20,530 nucleotides of DNA from Octopus sinensis. Its lineage: Eukaryota. Made by a program: the position numbers and the translations under genes. The stretch spans positions 1 through 20,530 of the forward strand of contig NW_021823974.1 in the NCBI RefSeq assembly GCF_006345805.1, read 5' to 3'. Of this stretch, positions 10,389-19,841 are shown in pieces (within the stretch, counting starts at the first letter, position 1; each line of letters starts with the position of its first letter). The notes under the pieces were generated by a model. The model ran no database searches. It worked only from the letters and a program-made list of their open reading frames with translations, and was not told the DNA's origin.

Positions 10389-10546
10389 ATATGGGCTCCC
10401 ATACGGATTCCGTCAACCAAATTCACTCACAAGGCAATCCGAGACGCAAAGTTACAATTGGAAGTACTTGCCCTAAGCGCTGTACAGCAACGCTGAATGC
10501 GACCGTACGTGGTTGTGAAGGAATCTTCTTAACCACATAGTCATAC
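10389..10546 (-). mobile_element. 5' (tRNA head) half of SINE family B
   Basis: ttccgtcaaccaaattcactcacaaggc...acttgccctaag...gtggttg...tcttcttaaccacatagtcat is colinear with ~7890-8012. Confidence 0.75.
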
Positions 10547-10814
10547 GTATGTCGGTCGATTATCCTTTTGTTATGAAGTATACCGAAACAGATCATATAA
10601 TTAGACTGTGTTTCTGAGTTGAGATGGGCGTAACGCGAAATGCTTTTCTCTATATTAGTTGGTATTTTTTTGCCCTGAATCAATTATAGGTTTTCCTCAT
10701 TTAAATGAGGCAGAATTTCAATCCGTATTCCAAGAAATAATTTCTTGCATTACAGATGATGAGACAAAATTCAGCACAACTTTTCCGTATCCAAACATGA
10801 GTTTCCCAAATTTT

Positions 10815-10853
10815 ATATACTACATATATTTATATACATACATATATTATATA

Positions 10854-10934
<81 letters not shown>

Positions 10935-10961
10935 AATATACATATATATATATATAAATAT

Positions 10962-11003
<42 letters not shown>

Positions 11004-11224
11004 GTATAATATATATATTATATATATTTATATATATATATCATATATATACATTATATACATATATATATAATATTTATATATATATATATTTATATAT
11101 ATATTATATATATATATTTATATATATATTTATATATATATATTATTATATATATATATATTAAATATAATATATATATATATATATATATAATATATAT
11201 ATATATAATATATATATATTATAT

Positions 11225-11260
<36 letters not shown>

Positions 11261-11285
11261 TATTTATTTATATATATGTATATAT
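10815..11285. repeat. ~470-bp imperfect (TA)n array
   Basis: Almost purely A/T. Confidence 0.97.
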
Positions 11286-11506
11286 TACGGAGATATACAT
11301 CCATAGGAAATGACTTGATCGGAGATCGCGTGCTGAAACAAAACCAATTGCAGCAAAGAACGTGCAGCGCGGAATTTTGTCAGTGAACAGGTCGCGGTTT
11401 CAAAGTGACGAAAATATTTTGACAAATTAATCTAAATGTTGAAGAGAATCTAACGGCTTTTGTGTGTTTTAAATGGCTTATAAACACACTTCAACGCTGC
11501 AATTGT
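11286..11506 (+). mobile_element. Short non-coding island in (TA)n; probable non-autonomous PLE pLTR or retrozyme-like element
   Basis: Sharp microsatellite boundaries, an internal HHR-like fold, and inverted copies caattgcagc (11345-54) / gctgcaattg (11496-11505). Confidence 0.55.
11373..11428 (+). ncRNA. Variant type I hammerhead ribozyme (G3:C8 core, UUU triplet)
   Basis: Stem I tttgtca(11376-82)/tgacaaa(11420-26); core GTGAACA 11383-89; extra G 11390; stem II gtcgc/gtgac; GAAA 11410-13; palindrome AAATATTT. Confidence 0.6.
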
Positions 11507-11577
<71 letters not shown>

Positions 11578-11598
11578 GAGAGAGAGAGAGAGAGAGAG
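11507..11598. repeat. (TA)n followed by (GA)n
   Basis: Direct reading. Confidence 0.95.
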
Positions 11599-12489
11599 AA
11601 GAAGAGACTGAAGTGGGTCAACAGATGAGATCTTGAGATGCTTATTACTGTAAACATGAACGTATTTATCGAGGTACTCGGAGTAAAGAGTGGCTATGAG
11701 GGGAAGCCAGGTGAGCCGGGTTTCATATATGAAATATACGTACATACATATACACATGTCAGTATATATAGGGATATATATATATATCGAGAGAGAGAGA
11801 GAGAGAGGAGAAACAAGACTGAAAATGAAGATGAACACGCGTGTATAAGCATTTAGATATTTCTATATTTATGGATCAGTTTTACATGGAACAGAAACAA
11901 TACAGAAAACTAGGGGGAGAGGGCATAGTATCTTAGGTCCGGCAGTTCTTTCTAGGGCTTGGAATTACGTAATATTTGTAACGTTGGGAGATAGAGTTTA
12001 CAAAATGTGAAGAATATGCAAGTGATAATGGACGCATAAAAACATTACCATAAAGCTACTCTCCGTTTTGCGGGTGGAAAGATTGGCAACTAGTGGTTCC
12101 GATCAGGATTCGAGAGAATTTAAGGATAGAATGTGTGTAGTAGGCAAATAGAAGTTGGTGGAAGGTGAATGTAGGTGGGACACTGGGGAGAGGAGAATGT
12201 TGAAGCAGAGGAGGGGTAAGAAGAGATAGGAGAGGCAGTGCAGTGAGAGGGAATGAGTGACCAGGGGATTTGAGAGAAGTAGATGTGGTGAGACGAAAGA
12301 TGACCGAAAAGGGGTAGAGTCGACAATATTGTGAAGAATGGCGTTGTTGCTGGGTGTGTTGACAATAGACGTTATTAATCAGGGATTGTAGAACCGATAG
12401 AAAGAAGTGATTCATCGCTGGTAACACTTTCAGTAGCTGGTATGCAGTACTAGATGCTTAAATCTGCCGAATCACGTATGTCTATTGGG

Positions 12490-13210
12490 CTATACAATAT
12501 TGAACCAGCTTCCAGCCCCCATTAAGTAACTGAGATGTTCCTTCAAAACTAGAAATTGAATACTGTGGACAAAATTGTGTTTTAGGGGTGTGTTGCATCG
12601 TGTTCGATCATTAAATGATGAAATTTTGAACAAAAAGCATCTCACGTTTTCAAGAATCGTAAAGGGTGAATTTGGTCTAACAGAGATACGACTATGGAAA
12701 ATATGAAGGTTGAAGTGTATAGGGCATGTGTGCATTCATCCATTTTCTACTCATTTGAGACATTGAAATATCTAGGAAGCACCTCCAATAGTTAAGCGAA
12801 ATCATAAGCAATGTTTACGCTCTCTTGTAAAAATCAAATGGGTGCACAAGATACCGAATACAAAAGTACTTGTGCGTATTAGTGTGAATGGTATTGAAAC
12901 TAAAATTCATCCACAAAGATTTGGTCAACACATGCCGAATACAACGAAAAACACCTTTCGAAGATTCGATACGTAGCTCACTAAAGAACTTTGTAAACTG
13001 GAAGTGTGATCCAAAGGATCGGATAAACTGGAGGAGTAAAATCCGAGAAGTTGCTGCTTTGTTTCACAATATCAAGCTGGAATATGCATTGACAAATAAA
13101 GAGGCAACAGAAAGGCTTACCTGTGGCCAATGACACCTATTTCGTTCTAATACCTGCAACCATATTTTGTCTTTCTCAAACTGGACTAGTTATTAGGAGC
13201 AGAAGCTCTT
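12490..13210 (+). mobile_element. Decayed 3' part of an RTE-clade LINE (RT C-terminus and terminal zinc-finger remnant)
   Basis: Frame-broken motifs KLNTVDK, SLNDEILN, IWSNRD...KVEVYRACV...YSFET, KQCLRSLVKIKWVHKIPNTKVL, FEDSIRSSLK...KDRINWRSKIRE, TCNH..LSQTGL. Confidence 0.85.
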
Positions 13211-13871
13211 ACTGAGGTGCCCTACTGAATATTCAGAGTTACAATCTCTTGAACTTATCGCTGTGTTTGTAATAAGATATACAGAAGAAAATATGAGTTG
13301 ACAAAGCACATGAAATGTCACAATAATGTCACAGATATAAGCAGTCTTCGTAACTAAATCAAGCATTTTCATGTCCTCTGTCTGGAAAAAACATTCGTAA
13401 CTCTCTTCCTCCTCTAAAGATCTATTTCCGTTCACATAATATATTGAATCTCTCTAACCATATTGTAGTAATTTTCTAAACAGTGAATATTTTACTTTAT
13501 AAAATGTTCTCCCCAATGGTTCAGAATCAAACGTATATACAAACTGTTGCATATTTACTAATTTTTATAGGTAAATAATGTTTGATTTATTTATTTGAAT
13601 TCGTTATCTTTATTTAAATATTTTATTCTATTCGATTTCTATATAACAATAATTAAACTGCAAATATCATTGAAGTCGCTAATTTATACTACATTAGTGA
13701 CTTTTCATGTATTACTCATGCGATTGTGTATTGTTTTAACTAGTTTAGTGCTAATGGAATATGTGCTCTGTCATCACTAGTTTATTATAGTCTTACTCGA
13801 CTAACGAGTCGACAGACATATATCATTAAATGTGAGTGTGTGTCTCCAAATTGTGGGAGTGGAGCAGCTAA

Positions 13872-13973
13872 AATTCAGGCTACATATGTTCCCTAGCTAG
13901 CAAATACTCCGATGTAATAATTATCAAACGAGAAGTATATAGCGAGCTACTCATCAGGAACGATACCTGAATT
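13872..13973 (-). ncRNA. Decayed type I hammerhead-like motif (probably inactive)
   Basis: Minus strand: aattcagg-tatcgttc-CTGATGA-gtagct...agctag-GGAA-CATATG-TA-g-cctgaatt. Confidence 0.45.
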
Positions 13974-14471
13974 ATACGAAGGTTACATTGACGTTAAAAA
14001 ATTCCCAATTTAACTCGCCGAAGATATAATTTGAAATAAGTGGTGAAACCGGAAGAACAGAGTAAAAAATATGAACTGATTTATTAGTACATATACTGAT
14101 CCCCAAATCTATCACTGTCAGTGACTGTGAGATTGCCGTGTTTGTTATTCTGGGAAGGCTTCGAATAGGCAAAATTGCAGTTCGTTACTTTTTCTACACA
14201 AAAGTAGGTGCCGTTGAAATAGATTTTACAGACAATCTGGGCTCTCTCAGTATCTGTCTTTGTGTTTGATAATTTTACATTTTACAATTTCTAGTTTGTC
14301 TTTTTTCTTTCTTTCTTTCTTTTTTGCTCTTGCTTTTCGTTTCGGGCTTCAGAACACTTTCCCTACCTGCATGCAAATTTCCCCATCTCAGTTATTCACT
14401 ACGGTTCTGTTTTGACTGTTAACATTATACACTTTGCTACTTTCAGTACTGTTTTAGGACGGGTGGCGTAT

Positions 14472-14638
14472 TCTTTTCTTTTCTTCTCTAGCAACAAGGC
14501 CCGAAATCTTGGGGGAGGGGACCAATTGATTTGATCGACCCCAGTACAAAACTGGGACTTAATTTATCGACACAGAAAGGATGAAAGGCAAAGTCGACCC
14601 CGACAGAATTTGAGCTCGGAATGTAAAGGTTAAGACAG
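14472..14638 (-). mobile_element. SINE family A (5'-truncated)
   Basis: acaaggcccgaaatcttgggggagggg...gatcgaccccagtac...aatttatcgacacagaaaggatgaaaggcaaagtcgacc...agaatttgagctc. Confidence 0.85.
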
Positions 14639-15269
14639 GTGTTGACAGACATAAAGGTTCAGGCGTACTCATACACACATGCATATATATATAGACAAGC
14701 ACACACATGCATTTATATGTACCTATGCATATTCATTTACAAATGTATACAAACGTGCATACGTATATCTATATATGCATGTATTTATTCATATCAAGTC
14801 TTTCATCATGTCAACAGTAAAACTATTGTACTTCATTGTGGTTATGTTTCAATTTAATACTTCAGTCAATTTCGTTAGAAGATAGTTGATGATTTGTAGG
14901 TGGAGCTGTTTAAAAACTACTTCGATATTTCACTTTTATGATGTATTATCAGGATACACTTTCAGCATCTTCAGAACACCTACAGTTATAATACGAAAAG
15001 GAAGGTACAAAAAAGAAACTACAACAACAATTTCTCTTGGTTAACCACACAGACGCACATATATTAAGGATAATTATACATACCTACAATCTAGATTTTG
15101 AACTAGATAAATATAGTTTGTAAATGGTGGTTCTATAAAAAAAAGACAGTGTTGATACTGTCAGTATGTATACACTGCGTTGGTGGCGGATAAATTGGAC
15201 CGGCTTCTAGATTGCTTCTATGATAGATCTAGTGAGTAAACTGTGATGAGTAACTCAACAAGATCGAGG

Positions 15270-15491
15270 TATGTATACATATATATATATATATACATAT
15301 ATGTATACATATATATTTAGGTATGCATGAATGTGCGTATAACTTAAATATATGTATATATATATATATAGATAGATATAGATATATGAGATTGTATGGT
15401 TGTATATATGAGTGTAAGGGGGGCGTACACGTATGTATGTATAGGAACTTATATGTATATATCTATATAAAATCTATGTATACATATATAC

Positions 15492-15525
<34 letters not shown>

Positions 15526-15846
15526 ATAATATATATATATATATAATATATATACATTGATATAGATATACATATGTATGAATATATAAATGTATATATG
15601 TATGTATGCATATGTATGCTCATGTATATATGCAAATCCAAATGCGGTACTATAGCATAACAATTTGAAGAATACATATCCATATATACACATGCGTATG
15701 CACTCATATACACGCATATGAACATATGTATAAGTACTTATCCGCATTTATATACATATATATACGTATATATGGATGCATATACATATTCGTATGTGTG
15801 TATATATATATACATATATATATATATACATACATACATACATATA

Positions 15847-15881
<35 letters not shown>

Positions 15882-15931
15882 AATGTAAATGTACATGATT
15901 TGTGCGTGTGTATACATGTAGGATCTTAATT

Positions 15932-15982
<51 letters not shown>

Positions 15983-15992
15983 CGTATATGTG
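15270..15992. repeat. Compound (TA)/(TATG)/(CA) low-complexity tract
   Basis: Direct reading. Confidence 0.92.
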
Positions 15993-16220
15993 TACTGCAG
16001 TATATATGCCAACGTAGGAGAGAAAATATAAATAGACAACGCCGACGTGATAAGTTTTAATAACATCAGATAATAAATATTCGATATTATAATAGCGTTC
16101 CGTAAATATTTAAATGAAATATGAAAATAACAAACAAACCATAGAAATATTTAAATAGATCATTTGATTAGAATTTAATTAAATTGCACTGCGTGGTGAA
16201 ATGTGCAGCACTTATAAGGG

Positions 16221-16222
16221 TA

Positions 16223-16300
<78 letters not shown>

Positions 16301-16365
16301 GTATGCATGTATGTATTTATGTATGTTATATATATATTCTTATGCATATATACATATACATATAA

Positions 16366-16406
<41 letters not shown>

Positions 16407-16480
16407 ATATACATACGTATATATGCTTGCGTGTGTGTAAATGTGTGCGTGTCTGTATCTGTGTTTCCATAAATATAGGT
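16221..16480. repeat. (TA)n/(TG)n tract
   Basis: Direct reading. Confidence 0.92.
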
Positions 16481-16556
16481 TGATATGTCTGTAATTATAT
16501 TTATTATATTTGTCTGTATTCTATATGCTTGCGTATATGTATGGATATGTTCAATC

Positions 16557-17135
16557 GAACATGCCAGATTGCGTATATTTGTATGTATATATTTATGTAT
16601 GCGTCTCTGTACTTAGTCTGTATTTATTAGAATTTGTGATTACATGGTACTCTACACCTCTACTATCTAGTATATGATGTTGGCAGCCAATTGGCAGAGT
16701 TACTAGTGCACCATATGGATTGCTTTGCATTAGTTGCAATGAGTCTTTACGAACTGATTTCAGATCCTGCTCAAATAAACTCTACTTGTCACCCCGCAGC
16801 TCTCGTCTAATCCAACCATCCCAGAATTTGTGGAATGCACTCTTTTTTCTCCTGATGTTTCTTTATGTCTTTTTGTCCGCGTGAATTTCTGTTAAAAATC
16901 TACTATGACCTTAAGTGAGATCTTTTCTCTCCGGTCTAAAAATATGCCTAAATCACGCTGTATATAACGTCGGCAACAGAACGATACTGACAAGAAATAA
17001 AAAGGCGAAAGTAACTCAAGATTATTTGTTATGCTAGATTTTTGTTTCAAATGATAATTCTTATTTTATTAGAACATGCCAGATTGCGTATATATGTATG
17101 TATATATTTATGTATGCGTCTCAATATTTAGTCTG
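16557..17135 (+). repeat. 64-bp direct duplication (16557-16620 and 17072-17135)
   Basis: gaacatgccagattgcgtatat...tatgcgtctc..ta.ttagtctg; 4 mismatches in a manual alignment. Confidence 0.9.
16682..16795 (+). mobile_element. Very old SINE family A head
   Basis: ggcagccaattggcagagttactagtgcacc...gtctttacgaactgatttcagatcctgc is weakly colinear with the family A head. Confidence 0.4.
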
Positions 17136-17310
17136 GAAACGCGAAAGAAAAGAGACAAGAAAGAGACAAGAAAGAAAAGGAAAAAAAGTGGAGGTGAAGC
17201 AGCGGAAGATGCCGGTGAAGGGTCATGGGTCGCATATCCCAGAACAAGTGGCGTTCTCAGCCGCACGCCGTGGTATGGACCATGTTGACGTTGCCTCGGG
17301 GAATGGTTGC

Positions 17311-19200
17311 CTTGTTTACAAATTTTTCTGGGCAACCTATTTTCCTTAAAATTAACCACAGAGCATTTTGATTAACAGTATCGAATGCCTTGCTTAAATC
17401 AACAAAGCAATGGTATAGGGCAAGTTTCTATTCAATGCACTTTTCCTGAAATTATTTGATAGTAAAGATACAATCAACGAAAACTACATTTAGGCTCCAT
17501 ATTTGGAACTGTGATGGCATTAAAATTTCTAACAGAATGCAGAAGAGCACCTTTCCATCTACAAAAGTGAAATCCCACAAAAATTACTACACAAAACCTT
17601 TGGCCCTGATTTATACAAGGCGACTAAAATGGCATCAATCCAGTCTTGAATTACTTCCTAAGTTCTCCAATAGTGAGAAATTAATATATTTCAGTGTTCA
17701 AACGTTTTGCCACTCCGATATGACAAGACTTCTACACAGATTCCATAGACCCTGGAGACTTATTGTTATTCAGCTTATTCACAGCTAAATGAATGTCATT
17801 TAGAGATGGTTCAAATGCCATCTCGTCTATAACTGGAAGGTGTTCGAGCTTTTCTAACATCCTCATGTCAACGGATGCTGGTCTATTCAAAAGTGCAGAA
17901 AAATGTTCTACCCAGCGTTTATAGATAGAAGCAGTGTCAGTCAAAAGCAAATGTCCATTTGCTCTTCTCACTGGAGTTATTGAAGAAGATTTGGTGCCAT
18001 ATACATCCTTATCATAAGAGTACAATCACCTTGGCATCATTTCTATCAGCCCCTTTTGCTATCATTCTACCATCTCTACTTAATTTTCCTTAGCGCAGAC
18101 TGCACTTTCAGCTTTCTATAAGCTTCGCTTCAGTTGGGGTTCAAGAACTGAGAAAGAAGTGTATTGCCGAAGTTTTGTTTTTTCTAAAAGTAGATCATTA
18201 ATTTGTGGTGATTTTTCTGAAAACTAGTCACTGGACTTATGCGATTTAAATCCCACTGAAGAACTTGCAGCCTGAAATACTTTTGTTTTGAAACCTTTCC
18301 ATAGATTGTTTGGATCAAGATTGATACTTTCTATAGCATCGTGGAATCTTTGCAAGTTGCTTGGTAATTTGAAGTTTGCAACATTTAACATTTTGGCTAC
18401 CTTAGGATCAGGCTGTCGACTTTTAGGCTTTATTGAAAAATTCCTTTTACCACGCACTTGATGCTGGTCAGTCCAGCTCTCTGCTCCACTCATGGCCCGA
18501 ATACTAGAAACATCTTTCATATCACGCTTTCTGATCAAAACATAATCTATGAACTGCCAGTCCTTAGATCTTAGGTGCATCCATGTGGTTTTATATTTAT
18601 TTTTCTGCTTAAACAAAGCGTTGATGACAACCAAATTATTCTCAGCACAAAACTTCAAAAGAGCTACTCCATTTTCATTACATTTTCCTATCCCATATCA
18701 GCCTGAAACAGGCCATCAAATGTAGTCATTTCCATCTCTTGCCAGAAATCTCTCAATATAACCAGCTTATCAGAAATTGGTACTTTCCTCAATAATGGTG
18801 CTAGATTGTCATAAAACTGTCTTACAGTTTCGTCAGAATGAGACATTGTTGGTACATAAGTAAGAAGCCTACTTTTTGTCAGCTTTATATAGCATGACTT
18901 GGTTCGTTCAGATATACCACTTGGAAATTTTGCCATGGAGGATACTAGTTAATTCTTTAGAGCAAACCCAACACCAGATTCTCTACGCTGACCTTCATGT
19001 ATGCCTTTCCAGAAGATAGTATATCCATAAGTAGGTTCATTTATTTAACCCTCACCAGAAGGACGAGTTTCAGAGAGCGCAATTATATCAAGGGAATATT
19101 TTTTAAGCCCACATGCAATACGGGAAGTACGCCTTTCTGGCCTCTTGTTAAAATTGTTCTCTAGAAGTGTGCACACATTCCAACAGCCAAAATTCAGAGG
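17311..19200 (-). pseudogene. RTE endonuclease-reverse transcriptase ORF disrupted by stops and frameshifts
   Basis: PLNFGCWNVCTLL...RPERRT...DIIALSETR...GYTIFWKG; YVPTM...FYDNL...DKLVILRDF; TTWMHLRSKDWQFIDYVLIR; RWVEHFSALLNRP; NNKSPGS; CFVDLSKAFDTVN...GCPEKFV. Confidence 0.93.
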
Positions 19201-19700
19201 ATCTTTATTAATTTTTTTTTTTAGGATTGATTGATTACAGTGGCAGGATGACGCTTGGATCTAACCTGTAATACACTGGGACACCTGCCGAGGCAGACCT
19301 GTTCCACTGATGTCCCCAAGCCATTTTTTGCCAGTCACTGAATCTGTGTGAGACATTTCAGTAGAAGTTGCAAGCTCATTTTTAGGTTTCTGCCAACTAA
19401 TTCAATGATTTTACTACGAATCTCTGTACAAGAATTGCTTGTGCCAATGAATAACTTTCAATGGGTGTAGCTTGCACTGCACTACTCCCACCCATTGGCC
19501 AAAGAAAACATTCGCCGGTGTGACCTGAGAATTGATAAAACCGGGAACGTCCAAGGCCTCAGGTTTTATTTTGAAGATTTCCTTCTCCTAGGTAGATTAC
19601 TAATCAAGGTTAAATAGCTTCTACCTGCACATGAGGTAAGCTATCCTGTGCCAGATACCAAACTGACACCGGAACGCTTCATAGAGTGATTCAATATCAT
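17311..19700 (-). mobile_element. RTE-clade LINE: 5' UTR, APE endonuclease and N-terminal RT; 3'-truncated
   Basis: Coding remnant 19200 down to 17311, plus an upstream UTR-like motif near 19560-19630; the 5' boundary is approximate. Confidence 0.85.
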
Positions 19701-19753
19701 TCCAGTATCCGATACGGAGCAACTCATACATACAAAGAAAGGTAAAAGACATC

Positions 19754-19773
19754 ATCTATCTATCTATCTATCC

Positions 19774-19841
<68 letters not shown>
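19754..19841. repeat. (TCTA)n/(GATA)n tetranucleotide microsatellite, about 22 units
   Basis: Direct reading; one TCCA variant unit. Confidence 0.98.

Noticed and set aside
11690-11727. GYE-GKP-GEP-GFI collagen-like triplets in ORF 11638..11856
   Set aside because: Only four triplets, no suitable splice sites framing them, and the frame runs into microsatellite
13553-13576. tactaat-ttttatAG|GTAAAT possible recursive splice site
   Set aside because: The branch-like motif is too close to the AG, the donor is weak, and such a motif is expected by chance in AT-rich DNA
60-16483. Numerous [12 protein letters not shown]/poly-Ile ORFs in the ORF track
   Set aside because: They are translations of stop-free dinucleotide and trinucleotide microsatellites with no coding signal
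12490-19200. Idea that the + strand RTE 3' piece and the - strand RTE 5' piece are one element split by an inversion
   Set aside because: The middle RT domains are missing, the decay levels look different, and no shared breakpoint signature is visible; independent copies are simpler
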